Shown here: positions 40,007-50,032 of the stretch, one piece after another | Numbering within the stretch: the first letter of the stretch is position 1 | Layout: each line of letters opens with the position of its first letter | Assembly: GCA_964499145.1 (NCBI GenBank) | Contig: CAZCIR010000012.1 | Span: forward strand, 3,603 to 67,602 | Direction: 5' to 3' | Source: an uncultured Pirellulales bacterium | GTDB lineage: Bacteria; Planctomycetota; Phycisphaerae; Sedimentisphaerales; Anaerobacaceae | DNA: 64,000 nt | The notes under the pieces: model-generated | The model's database searches: none | What the model was told of the DNA's origin: nothing | The model's input: the letters and a program-made list of their open reading frames with translations, nothing else | Program-made: the position numbers and the translations under genes

Positions 40007-41932
40007 ATGGTAAATCTGACATTGATAGGCAAAAAAGAATTTGACCGTGTTTGTAAAGCGGGGATAAATAAATATGACATGCTGGCACTGCTGGCGGACA
40101 TGTGCAGAGCGAATACTTTAGCTGCGGTTAAGCATGCAGGTTCAGGCCACTTAGGTTCGAGTTTTAGTGCAATGGATATTGTTGTTTGGCTGTACTATCA
40201 TCAAATGAATACTCGGTCAGTGGGTATCGATAGTCCGGATAGAGATATTTACTTTTCATCAAAGGGACACGATGTTCCGGGATTGTACTCGGTTTTGTTT
40301 TCTCTGGGAGTTATATCTACGGATAATTTTTTAAAACTTCGTCGCATGGATGGTCTTGCTGGTCATCCGCACGTGAGCATTCCAGGAATTGAGGCCAATT
40401 CGGGATCTTTGGGAATGGGGATTTCCAAGGGTAAGGGGATGGCCTTTGCAAAACATTTCCATGGCAATAAAGGTCGTGTGTTTGTTATGACGGGAGATGG
40501 TGAGCTGCAGGAGGGACAAATATACGAAGCACTGCAAACAACCCGCCATCAGGGAATTACTAATTTACATGTGATAGTAGACCACAACAAGGTACAATCA
40601 GACAAGCCTGTTAGTACAATTACTGACTTAGGCAATCTGGAGGCCAAGTTCAAAACCTTTGGATGGTGTACGGCACGTTGTAATGGACATAACTTTCAAG
40701 AACTTGACGGGATTCTTAACGAATTTACGAAAGTCGCAGATAAACCTAAAATATTGATTGCCGATACAATTAAAGGACGTGGTGTATCATTTATGGAGCA
40801 TCCGGCAGCAATGAAAGCTACTAATGGGTTATATCGCTGGCACTCAGGTGCACCTGACGATGACTCTTTTACTGCTGGATATAATGAGATCATTAGCCGA
40901 ATAAATAACTGTTTGGCACGTCTTAAATTACCTCCCATAGTACTGGAGGAGGTATTACCGCAAGAAAAAAAACCAAGTGGTGTATCTAATGAGTATGTAG
41001 CTGAGGCTTTCGGAGAGGCGTTGGTTGAAATAGCAGCTGAACGTGAAGATATAGTGGTGTTGGATGCCGATTTGGCCGTTGATTGTCATATTCGCAACTT
41101 CGAGAACAAATATCCTGAACGCTTTATCGAAAACGGAATTGCAGAGCAGGATATGGTTTCGATGGCAGGAGGTTTGGCACTGGAGGGCATGCTACCAGTT
41201 GTCAATACCTTTGCAGCATTTTTAGCTTCGAGAGCCAATGAACAAATTTATACGAATGCCTGTGAACGAACCAAGATTATCTATATTTGTCATTATGCCG
41301 GCCTGATACCTGCTGGTCCGGGAGAATCGCATCAGAGTATTCGTGATATATCTGTACTTGGGGCGTTGGCTAACATTGAGATTATTGAGCCTTGCAATAG
41401 TATAGAAACTCAGATGGCTTTGAAATATTGTGTTGAACAAGCAAGCGAGAATTGTGTATTGCGACTTATAATCGGACCCTCGCCCCGTATTATTGCATTG
41501 CCCCATGAATATCAATTAAAGATCGGCCATGGAATTATGCTTAGAGAAGGGGCTGATGCGGTAATGTTTGCTTATGGTCCTGTGATGCTGCATGAGGCAC
41601 TTTTAGCAAGTGAAAAAATGGCAGAAGATGGTTTTGGTTTAAAGGTTGTAAATATGCCATGGCTTAATCGGATTGATATTAGCTGGCTTGAATCGGTTAT
41701 TAGTGAAACTAAGGCGGTATATGTGATTGAAGATCATGCTCCTGTCGGAGGCTTAGGTGATCTTGTTTTAAATAATATTTTGTCTTGTGGGCTTATAAAA
41801 AGCAATACAATATTTAGAAAATTTGCGGTTGAAGGTCATCCGGCATGTGGTAAGCCTGCCGAGGTGTTGAGATATCATTGTTTAGATGGTGTTTCACTTG
41901 CGAATCGTGTAGCAGATGACTTTGACATTTGA
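40007..41932 (+). CDS. Transketolase-family ThDP enzyme (N- and C-terminal halves fused)
   Basis: Motifs are GSGHLGSSFSAMDIV and the ThDP motif GDGELQEGQIYEA...N. The C-terminal half carries pyrimidine-binding and transketolase_C-like regions (FIENGIAEQDMVSMAGGLA). Confidence 0.85.
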   Translation: MVNLTLIGKKEFDRVCKAGINKYDMLALLADMCRANTLAAVKHAGSGHLGSSFSAMDIVVWLYYHQMNTRSVGIDSPDRDIYFSSKGHDVPGLYSVLFSLGVISTDNFLKLRRMDGLAGHPHVSIPGIEANSGSLGMGISKGKGMAFAKHFHGNKGRVFVMTGDGELQEGQIYEALQTTRHQGITNLHVIVDHNKVQSDKPVSTITDLGNLEAKFKTFGWCTARCNGHNFQELDGILNEFTKVADKPKILIADTIKGRGVSFMEHPAAMKATNGLYRWHSGAPDDDSFTAGYNEIISRINNCLARLKLPPIVLEEVLPQEKKPSGVSNEYVAEAFGEALVEIAAEREDIVVLDADLAVDCHIRNFENKYPERFIENGIAEQDMVSMAGGLALEGMLPVVNTFAAFLASRANEQIYTNACERTKIIYICHYAGLIPAGPGESHQSIRDISVLGALANIEIIEPCNSIETQMALKYCVEQASENCVLRLIIGPSPRIIALPHEYQLKIGHGIMLREGADAVMFAYGPVMLHEALLASEKMAEDGFGLKVVNMPWLNRIDISWLESVISETKAVYVIEDHAPVGGLGDLVLNNILSCGLIKSNTIFRKFAVEGHPACGKPAEVLRYHCLDGVSLANRVADDFDI

Positions 41933-41982
41933 CATCTGAGTTAGATATTTATCTAAAACGATAAATTACTACCAGGATATAT

Positions 41983-43686
41983 ATGAAAACAGTTAAACAA
42001 CTCGTTCCACAACCAATAAAGAAAACTGTCAAAAAGTTGATTGGATGGCGGCACTCGAGCTATCCTAACTGGAATGAAATTATCAAGCCAGAGCAAAAGC
42101 ATTGGCAATCGGTTCTTCAATCAGCTAAAGGAGGCAGTAAGATTTTAATCGCTACGAGCATTGGAGGCTCTGCTCTGCATAATGTTTTTGATAGTACTTT
42201 AGCGGCTTCTCTTACTTTACGTGGTGCTGATGTTCATGTATTGCTCTGTGATAGTTTCTTGTCTGTTTGCCTACGGCCAGAGTATTCTATGGTCACAAGC
42301 GTCGAAGCCTTTGCAAATGGTGGAGCGCAAAAGGTCGGCCTTTGTGATACATGTTTTGAGCTGGCAGAGATAATGTATAAAGATATGGGTATTAAAGTCC
42401 ATCGATATAGCGAACTCGTAGGTTCTGATAAGTACAAGATGGCTTATGAGCAGTCAACTAATCTATCAATAGACCAAATCAAAGACTATGAAGTTGATGA
42501 CATCGCAGTAGGTGAGCATGCGCTGGCTGGTACTCTTAGATTCTATGCTCGGGGTGATTTGGATGGCGAAGCTTATGGTGAGCAGGTTCTCCGTCATTAC
42601 TTTAAGGCATCGCTTTTGACAGTGTATGCTATGGATTCGCTTTTTGCGCTACATGACTTTGAATGTGTTGTGGCTCATCATGGCATTTACGTGCCACAGG
42701 GTCTCATAGTCGGATCTGCTCATAAGAATTCTGTTCGTGTTGTTACATGGTGGACGGCCTACCGAAATAAGTGCTTCATGCTTGCTCATAATGATTCCTA
42801 TCACCATGCACTGCTTGACGAGCCGATACCCAATTGGGAAAACGTGAAGTGGACTGATCAGTTAGAAACGCAAGTAATGGAATATCTGATAAGCCGTGAA
42901 AGAGGAACTCGCGATTGGGTACAGTACAATGTTAGACCAGAAGAAGAAGTCTCGATAATCGAAAAAGAGTTGGGGATAGATTTTTCAAAACCTACGATTG
43001 GTCTTTTATCAAATGTGGTTTGGGATGCCCAGCTGCATTTTAAAACGAGAGCGTTTCCCGATATGATGAGTTGGATATATGCTACTATTGAATATTTTGC
43101 CAAGCGACCTGAACTTCAATTGGTGATTCGAGCCCATCCCGGCGAAGTTATTAAGTCTCACAAATCTCGACAGCCACTGGTCGATGAAATTGGTAAAAAA
43201 TATCCAACATTACCAGCTAATATTTATATTATTCCCCCTGAAAGTTTAATCAGCACCTATGTTACTATGCAGCAATGCAATGCGGTTCTGATCTATGGAA
43301 CGAAAACCGGCATGGAGATGTCCAGCCGAGGTATACCAATAATTGTATCCGGTGAGGCATGGATTCGAAACAAAGGCTTTACTATGGATGCATCAACGCC
43401 GGAGGAATATCATTCATATCTTGACCAATTACCATTGAAAGAAAGAATGGACGAATCTTCCGTGCGAAGAGCGAGGATGTATGCTTATCATTTTTTCTTC
43501 CGGCGAATGATCCCACTTAAATTCATGGTTAAAATTGAGAATCCACCAACATTTAATCTTGATATATCAAGCATATTTGAACTTGCACCAAATAAGTGTA
43601 TCGGTCTTGACGTTATATGTGACGGTATTTTAAAGGCAAAAGAGTTTATCTATCCTGCCGAGCTGGCTATTGAAAACATCGAATAG
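41983..43686 (+). CDS. Uncharacterised 567-aa protein; possibly a KpsC/KpsS-like (capsule-synthesis type) ulosonic-acid transferase
   Basis: It is a soluble two-lobed protein with an HP motif in LVIRAHPGE and a later IYGTKTGMEMSSRGIPIIVSGEAW. The resemblance to capsule-biosynthesis (Kdo-transferase-like) proteins is at impression level only. Confidence 0.4.
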   Translation: MKTVKQLVPQPIKKTVKKLIGWRHSSYPNWNEIIKPEQKHWQSVLQSAKGGSKILIATSIGGSALHNVFDSTLAASLTLRGADVHVLLCDSFLSVCLRPEYSMVTSVEAFANGGAQKVGLCDTCFELAEIMYKDMGIKVHRYSELVGSDKYKMAYEQSTNLSIDQIKDYEVDDIAVGEHALAGTLRFYARGDLDGEAYGEQVLRHYFKASLLTVYAMDSLFALHDFECVVAHHGIYVPQGLIVGSAHKNSVRVVTWWTAYRNKCFMLAHNDSYHHALLDEPIPNWENVKWTDQLETQVMEYLISRERGTRDWVQYNVRPEEEVSIIEKELGIDFSKPTIGLLSNVVWDAQLHFKTRAFPDMMSWIYATIEYFAKRPELQLVIRAHPGEVIKSHKSRQPLVDEIGKKYPTLPANIYIIPPESLISTYVTMQQCNAVLIYGTKTGMEMSSRGIPIIVSGEAWIRNKGFTMDASTPEEYHSYLDQLPLKERMDESSVRRARMYAYHFFFRRMIPLKFMVKIENPPTFNLDISSIFELAPNKCIGLDVICDGILKAKEFIYPAELAIENIE

Positions 43687-43718
43687 AACAGAAATTTTTT
43701 CCAGTAAAAGAATCCAAT

Positions 43719-45632
43719 ATGTGTGGAATTTGCGGTGTAGTTTCGAATAACCCATTAGAAGAAGGTGGTTTAGTCTGTGTCGAAAATATGGCCGGCGATC
43801 TTGGTCATCGAGGGCCTGATGCGCGGGGGATATGGCAAAATAAAAGAGCAGCACTCGGACACAGGCGGCTGGCTATTTTGGATCTCTCGGAGACGGGACA
43901 TCAACCGATGGTTTGCATGAATGGACGTTATGTCGTTGTTTTCAATGGAGAAATTTATAATTTCGTGGAACTTCGACGTGAACTGTCCGCTAAAGGATAT
44001 AGTTTTAAGACTGAATCAGATACCGAAATAATAGCAGCATCCTATGATGCGTGGGGTAAAGATTGTTTGAATCATTTTAACGGGATGTGGGCATTTGGGC
44101 TGTGGAATTGTCAAAATGAATCGTTAGTTCTAGCTCGAGATCGTTTTGGCATTAAGCCCCTATACTTTTTTTACGATGGAAACATACTTGCTTTTGCATC
44201 TGAAGTTAAAGCATTGCATAGATGGTTGGGTAACAGCGCCAAATTAGATGCTGATGTCGTTTCCGATATATGCATGGGAAGATTTAGCAGTCATGGAACA
44301 GAAAAAACATATTTAAGGGACGTTAGAAGCTTATCGGCAGGTTATATGGCGTGTTTGAGAGATGGTCAATTGAACATCGAACACTGGTACAATCTTTTGC
44401 CCGTGGATGTACCTCAAACATTACCTGAGCAGGCAGAGATGTTTCGTGATTTGTTTTTTGATTCATGCAGGCTGCGACTTCGCAGTGATGTGCCTGTTGG
44501 GACGTGTTTATCTGGAGGATTGGATAGCAGCAGTATCGTTTCGGTGCTGCATAAATGCTTAGGCCAAACAGCAGGTGAACGGGCTACATCAGATTTTCAT
44601 GACGCATTTTGTGCGAGTTTCCCGAAAACCGTGATTAATGAAGCACAAGAGGCACAAACTCTTGCACAAGGGATTGACGCAAGACTGCATGTGTTGGATA
44701 TCATCGCTCCTTCTTCGGATGATCTGGAAGAAGCCATGAGAGCGTGTGATGGACCCATGCACAGCTTGGCCTTTTATCCTATTTGGAAATTGTATGGTTT
44801 TATTAATCAGCATAATATTAAGGTGACTTTAGACGGACAAGGTCCCGATGAGATGCTGGGCGGGTATCGTCCATTTTTGTCAGCTTTCAGGGCAGCACTG
44901 AATGGACGTGATTTGAGTTGGGCGATGGATGTATATAAAACTTATGGTAATCAGGGTAGAAATGAGCAATTTAATGCTAAAATGGAAGTTCGGTCAGCGT
45001 TTTTCTATGAGCTTCGGAGTCGCTATTTACCAAACTTTCTGATTCGACTCGCGAAAAGTATTACTGGGCATAAGGCTGGTAAAATGGTTGATGAGGTGAA
45101 ACTGAGATTCACTAACCCAACTCCAAACGGCTTAGATGAGTTTCAATCGGAACTTTACAACGAGTTTTTTCAATCTCCATTACCTGGAATTTTACAGCAA
45201 TATGATCGTTGTTCTATGGCACATGGTATTGAGTGCCGTATGCCATTTATGGACTATAGGTTAGTGGAGTTTATGTTCTCTTTACCAAATACTTCGCGTG
45301 TTGGAGGCGGATATACCAAGAGGATTTTGCGGGAGGCTATGAAAGGGATTGTACCTGAGACTATTCGCACGCGGAAAACCAAAATAGGTTTTAACGCTCC
45401 AATAGTTGATTGGTTCCGTGGCCCATTGAGAGGGTGGATTCGAGATATTATGGTCAGTCGACAATTTAGTGAATCCCCTTTCTTTGACGGTAAAGGTCTC
45501 GTGCAAGAGTTTGAAGATTTTTTGAAAACAAATAAACCAAGCTGGAATTTGGCATGGAAATTTTGGGGGGCGGTGCATTTTACATGGTGGCAGCAGAACT
45601 GTAAAAACATTCAGGAGATGTATATCGCTTGA
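43719..45632 (+). CDS. Asparagine synthase (glutamine-hydrolysing) family amidotransferase
   Basis: It has the N-terminal nucleophile MCGICG, HRGPD, and the PP-loop CLSGGLDSS. Confidence 0.9.
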   Translation: MCGICGVVSNNPLEEGGLVCVENMAGDLGHRGPDARGIWQNKRAALGHRRLAILDLSETGHQPMVCMNGRYVVVFNGEIYNFVELRRELSAKGYSFKTESDTEIIAASYDAWGKDCLNHFNGMWAFGLWNCQNESLVLARDRFGIKPLYFFYDGNILAFASEVKALHRWLGNSAKLDADVVSDICMGRFSSHGTEKTYLRDVRSLSAGYMACLRDGQLNIEHWYNLLPVDVPQTLPEQAEMFRDLFFDSCRLRLRSDVPVGTCLSGGLDSSSIVSVLHKCLGQTAGERATSDFHDAFCASFPKTVINEAQEAQTLAQGIDARLHVLDIIAPSSDDLEEAMRACDGPMHSLAFYPIWKLYGFINQHNIKVTLDGQGPDEMLGGYRPFLSAFRAALNGRDLSWAMDVYKTYGNQGRNEQFNAKMEVRSAFFYELRSRYLPNFLIRLAKSITGHKAGKMVDEVKLRFTNPTPNGLDEFQSELYNEFFQSPLPGILQQYDRCSMAHGIECRMPFMDYRLVEFMFSLPNTSRVGGGYTKRILREAMKGIVPETIRTRKTKIGFNAPIVDWFRGPLRGWIRDIMVSRQFSESPFFDGKGLVQEFEDFLKTNKPSWNLAWKFWGAVHFTWWQQNCKNIQEMYIA

Positions 45633-46654
45633 GTGCTGAAACCCCCAGGATTACATTTGGAATTATCGTTTTAAACGGTGAACCATTTACTCGTTATAAT
45701 TTGAAGTCACTGTATCCTTTTGCTCATGAAATTATAGTTGTTGAAGGAGCTTGTTCAGCGGCGGCTGGTATCGCAGGAACTGATGGCCATTCGACCGATG
45801 GTACACTTGAAACATTGAAAAAGTTTAAAGCACATGAGGACCCTGAAGATAAACTTATTATCGTGACCGCTGAGGATGAAGGGTATTCTGACGGTTTTTG
45901 GCCGGGCGAGAAAGATGAGCAAAGTCAGGCATATGCCAAACGTGCAACTGGGAACTATCTGTGGCAGGTGGATATAGATGAATTTTACAAACCTGATGAC
46001 ATGGCCACTGTCTGTGAAATACTTCGGGATTGTCCGGATATTACGGCTGTGTCGTTTAAGATGGTAACTTTCTGGGGAGGGTTAGATTATATTGTTGACG
46101 GATGGTATTTACGCCGGGGTGCAGAAATATATCACCGTCTTTTTAAATGGGGAAAAGATTACAGGTATACGACACATCGCCCCCCTACAATAACCGACGC
46201 TGAAGGGCAGAATCTACGGAGCTTAAAGTGGTTGACAGGTCAGAATCTCGCTAAGCAGGGAATATTTTTATACCATTACTCTTTACTTTTTCCAAAGTGC
46301 ACAATGGAGAAATGCGATTATTACGGGCATGCAGATTGGGTTCAAGCTAATAAAGCAAAGCTTTGGGCCGATCAGAATTACATGCAACTCAAAAAGCCTT
46401 TTCGCGTTCACAATGTTTACCAGTATCCCAGTTGGTTAGAGCGATTTTATGGTGAGCATCCACCACAAGTATATCAATTGTGGCAGGATATTAAGCAAGG
46501 AAAAATTTACATTAAATTAAGGAAAACGCGTGATATCGAAAGATTATTATCGTCATTGCTTTATCGCTTTTCACGTACCATTGTTCGAGAATTCGATGCA
46601 GTAAACAAATGGTGGTATACACAAGAAAAACGTATCCGATCATGGTTGTCTTAA
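45629..46654 (+). CDS. Glycosyltransferase-like protein (GT2-like N-terminus)
   Basis: Motifs are ITFGIIVLNGEP...HSTDGTLETLKKF and the DxD-like QVDIDEFY. Its start forms an ATGA-type 4-nt overlap with the upstream gene. Confidence 0.55.
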   Translation: MSAETPRITFGIIVLNGEPFTRYNLKSLYPFAHEIIVVEGACSAAAGIAGTDGHSTDGTLETLKKFKAHEDPEDKLIIVTAEDEGYSDGFWPGEKDEQSQAYAKRATGNYLWQVDIDEFYKPDDMATVCEILRDCPDITAVSFKMVTFWGGLDYIVDGWYLRRGAEIYHRLFKWGKDYRYTTHRPPTITDAEGQNLRSLKWLTGQNLAKQGIFLYHYSLLFPKCTMEKCDYYGHADWVQANKAKLWADQNYMQLKKPFRVHNVYQYPSWLERFYGEHPPQVYQLWQDIKQGKIYIKLRKTRDIERLLSSLLYRFSRTIVREFDAVNKWWYTQEKRIRSWLS

Positions 46655-46676
46655 ATTAGAAGGAAGATTTTTTAAA

Positions 46677-48035
46677 GTGAAGATAGTTCAGGTCAATACT
46701 CACGATATTGCCGGTGGTGCAGAGAAAACAGCATTTTCTTTGCATAATATCTATCGTAAGCGTGGGCATTGGAGTAAGCTTATTGTGGGGTTTAAGCATA
46801 GTTTGGATACTGATACGATAGCTATTGATAATAGTGGTCGTGGTAAAGGTAAAAGGCTTTTTAAGATTGCTCAGGAAAAGCTTTTTGGTTGGCAGTATCT
46901 GGACTTTCCCGGCAGCCACCGTATTTCGGAATTAGTGAATGAGCCCTTTGATATCATACACTTTCACAATCTGCATGGAGGTTATTTTGATCTGGCGGCT
47001 TTACCACGGTTCGCAAGATTGACGCCGATAGTTATGGTGTTACACGATATGTGGTTGTTAACCGGTCATTGCGCTAACCCTTTTAGTTGCGATAGATGGC
47101 AAACTGGATGTGGGCAGTGTCCGGACTTAAGTATCCCGCCTGCAACGTGTATCGATGGCACAGGTTTCAATTGGCGTAGAAAACGTCAGATTCTTTCATC
47201 GCTGCCGATTTTTATAACCGCACCCTCACAGTGGATGCTTGACCAGGTTGGCAAAAGTTATTTAAGTTCATTTGAATCCAGGTTGATTCGCAATGGCGTT
47301 GACCAGCAAATTTTCTCGCCCGGTTCAAAGCTTCAGACGCGTCATAAGCTCGGATTTCCAAAGAATCAAAAGATAATATTATTCTCTGCAAACAGTGGAT
47401 TACTCAACATATGGAAGGATGGGGCTACATTGATCAAGTCGCTACAATTACTGTTGGGAAAAACCACTGAGAGCGAAAAACCGGTTATTATAAATTTGGG
47501 CGGCAACAAACCAAGGCCACGAGGTCTGGGGCAGCAGGCTCGCCGCTTAACAAGAAGAATTCTAAATTACTCTAATGAAGATGACCTGTTGCGAAAGGCA
47601 GGTTTATCTGATTTTGTTATTAGACCCGGCAAGATAAACAACGCCAATATTATGGCAGATTACTATCGCGCCTCTGATATACTTGTTTACGCAACTAAGA
47701 CAGACAATTGTCCTTTAACAATAATAGAAGCGCTATCTTGTGGGCTACCGGTTATAGCTTCTGCCGTAGGCGGAGTACCAGAACTTATTAAAGATGGTGA
47801 AACTGGTATGCTCGTCAAACCTGGTGATGCAAACGCATTATTAAACGTCATAAGTCATGCTCTTGGTGATGAGGCATTCAGGGCGAGATTATCTTCTGCT
47901 GCTATTCAGCATGCGCGTCAAGAATTTGACATCCGGCAACAAGCTACGAAATATATCGATTTGTACAGTGAGTTAATTCGCAAGCATCAAGAAAATGCGG
48001 CAAAGAACACCCCTGAATACGTTATTCATAATTAA
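46677..48035 (+). CDS. GT4-family glycosyltransferase
   Basis: GTG start. The N-terminus is MKIVQVNTHDIAGGAEK and the C-terminal E-x7-E region is IIEALSCGLPVIASAVGGVPELIKDGETGMLVKPGD. Confidence 0.85.
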   Translation: MKIVQVNTHDIAGGAEKTAFSLHNIYRKRGHWSKLIVGFKHSLDTDTIAIDNSGRGKGKRLFKIAQEKLFGWQYLDFPGSHRISELVNEPFDIIHFHNLHGGYFDLAALPRFARLTPIVMVLHDMWLLTGHCANPFSCDRWQTGCGQCPDLSIPPATCIDGTGFNWRRKRQILSSLPIFITAPSQWMLDQVGKSYLSSFESRLIRNGVDQQIFSPGSKLQTRHKLGFPKNQKIILFSANSGLLNIWKDGATLIKSLQLLLGKTTESEKPVIINLGGNKPRPRGLGQQARRLTRRILNYSNEDDLLRKAGLSDFVIRPGKINNANIMADYYRASDILVYATKTDNCPLTIIEALSCGLPVIASAVGGVPELIKDGETGMLVKPGDANALLNVISHALGDEAFRARLSSAAIQHARQEFDIRQQATKYIDLYSELIRKHQENAAKNTPEYVIHN

Positions 48036-48049
48036 TTATATAGGTCTCA

Positions 48050-48901
48050 ATGGACTATGCACGCATAAGTAAAATGCTTGAATATCAGCATCGCAGCGTA
48101 TGGCCGTTGAATCGGCGTTGGCCGGGTTTAAAGTCACTACTAAAAGACACTGCCCAAATAATTCTCGGAGGTGGACCTGTGTCCGCTACTTTAGCTGCAG
48201 GCCAAAATTATAGTGTATTCCGGATGGGGACAAGGGGATGGGAATATCCCTGGGTTCAGGAGCAATTATCCAAGCTCTCATTGGGAAGTAAAGTTTTGGA
48301 TTGTGGTTGTGGTATGCAGGGCCTTACAGAAGAACTTTGGCGTCAAGGTTTCGCCCCCACTGGACTGGATTTTTTTAACGGAGCCAAGCTCAAAAGGCCC
48401 GGTTACGGAATCACTTCCAAGTACATCAATAAGTTGGAAGGTAAAGTCAAATTCCTCAAGGGTAGTATTGAGCAAATACCTGCTGATAATTGCAGCTTTG
48501 ATGCGGTTACCTGCGTTTCAGTTATGGAGCATATTGTTATCGAGCATCGAGATAATCCCTCTGTGCATCTACACTGTTTGGATGAAATGAAACGCGTGTT
48601 GAAACCTGGCGGCCTGCTGGTCTGCACATACGATACAATATTAGATCCAGAAGTAGTTTATGCTGGAACAGAGCAATGGGGCGTTAATGGTTGGTACTAC
48701 CTGGACGATATCGACTATCTGCAAATGACATTTGCAGATGCAGATACGCGACGTATTGAGCGAAATGAAATAGCAACTGATGAAGATGCTTTTTTTGTTC
48801 CGCCTGACTTGTATCTGCTTAAGCAATACGGAACCGGATTTGAAAAATATGGAAGTTACCATCGTCTGACCTCTGTCGGATTTGCGTTGGTCAAACCCTG
48901 A
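48050..48901 (+). CDS. Class I SAM-dependent methyltransferase
   Basis: Motifs are KVLDCGCGMQGL, FDAVTCVSVMEHI and LKPGGLLVCT. Confidence 0.75.
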   Translation: MDYARISKMLEYQHRSVWPLNRRWPGLKSLLKDTAQIILGGGPVSATLAAGQNYSVFRMGTRGWEYPWVQEQLSKLSLGSKVLDCGCGMQGLTEELWRQGFAPTGLDFFNGAKLKRPGYGITSKYINKLEGKVKFLKGSIEQIPADNCSFDAVTCVSVMEHIVIEHRDNPSVHLHCLDEMKRVLKPGGLLVCTYDTILDPEVVYAGTEQWGVNGWYYLDDIDYLQMTFADADTRRIERNEIATDEDAFFVPPDLYLLKQYGTGFEKYGSYHRLTSVGFALVKP

Positions 48902-49034
48902 TATTGCTATTTTCCGGAAAAGCCAATAGTTCTAGTCTGATTGTCATTCGTTTTTTCAAACGATATGCTTGGTTTTAAAAAGTGCTATCTTATAGGCAAC
49001 AAATTATTCTGTTTCGATTTGGTGTAATAACCAA

Positions 49035-50003
49035 ATGAAATATCCTTTGGTCAGCATTATTACTCCCTCTTATAACCAGGGTTCGTTTATTGAGGATGCT
49101 GTTCTCAGCATTAAAAGCCAGACCTATCCGAATATAGAGCATATTATCATCGATGGCGGTTCGACAGATGAGACTCTGGAATTAATTCAAAAACATGAAG
49201 GTACTTATAATATGCGATGGATTTCCGAGGCTGACGATGGAATGTACCATGCCATCAATAAGGGTTTGCGAATGGCAAAGGGGGATATATTCGCCTATTT
49301 AAACTGTGATGATTTCTATTTTCCGTGGTCGGTGGAGACCGTAGTAAGATCCTGTGATAATTACGAATTAATTTTTGGAGATCTGATCCGACTAAATTTT
49401 ATAACCAATAAGGTTGAGTTTTCATTTACACCACCTTTTTTTTCTACATATTACAGAGCGATAGGAATTATAAATCAGCCCACGGTATTCTTCTCTCGAA
49501 AAGCGCTGAACAAAGTGGGATATTTTGATGAGAGTTTTCGAAATGTTGCCGATTGCGAGTATTGGCTGCGTTGTAATGCGGCAGGGATTCGACCAAAAAA
49601 GGTGTGTGAATTTCTTGCGGCAGAAAGATGGTATGAAGATTCCCTTAGTCTTATGAACCTTGACCGATTAGAGTCTGAAATGGCAAGAGTGCGTACAAAA
49701 TATGGAGATTGGAAAACTCATCTTACATTTCTGTATAGGCCTATCACCTATCTGTATTGGCGTTTTGCCCTTTTGCTTTATATGTTGAAAAAACCATCGA
49801 TGTGGAAAGAATTAAAAAAGACGGACCTGATGAAGTCTGGTTGGTCGTTATATTTTCAGCAGATACTGCCCAAAGCAATTCGTCGATATGAAAACAAATA
49901 TCTCCAAGTCGATACATTTATTGAACGATTGCGAAGATTATTGCAACATTCCGGTAGTCCAGATGATTCCGCAAACCAACCAACTATCATCCAACCACAA
50001 TGA
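49035..50003 (+). CDS. GT2-family glycosyltransferase
   Basis: The sequence VSIITPSYNQGSFIEDAVLSIKSQTYPNIEHIIIDGGSTDETLELI plus a DD motif (LNCDDFY) supports the call. Confidence 0.85.
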   Translation: MKYPLVSIITPSYNQGSFIEDAVLSIKSQTYPNIEHIIIDGGSTDETLELIQKHEGTYNMRWISEADDGMYHAINKGLRMAKGDIFAYLNCDDFYFPWSVETVVRSCDNYELIFGDLIRLNFITNKVEFSFTPPFFSTYYRAIGIINQPTVFFSRKALNKVGYFDESFRNVADCEYWLRCNAAGIRPKKVCEFLAAERWYEDSLSLMNLDRLESEMARVRTKYGDWKTHLTFLYRPITYLYWRFALLLYMLKKPSMWKELKKTDLMKSGWSLYFQQILPKAIRRYENKYLQVDTFIERLRRLLQHSGSPDDSANQPTIIQPQ

Positions 50004-50032
50004 ATCCAATGTCAAGCAGGAAATAACGAACA

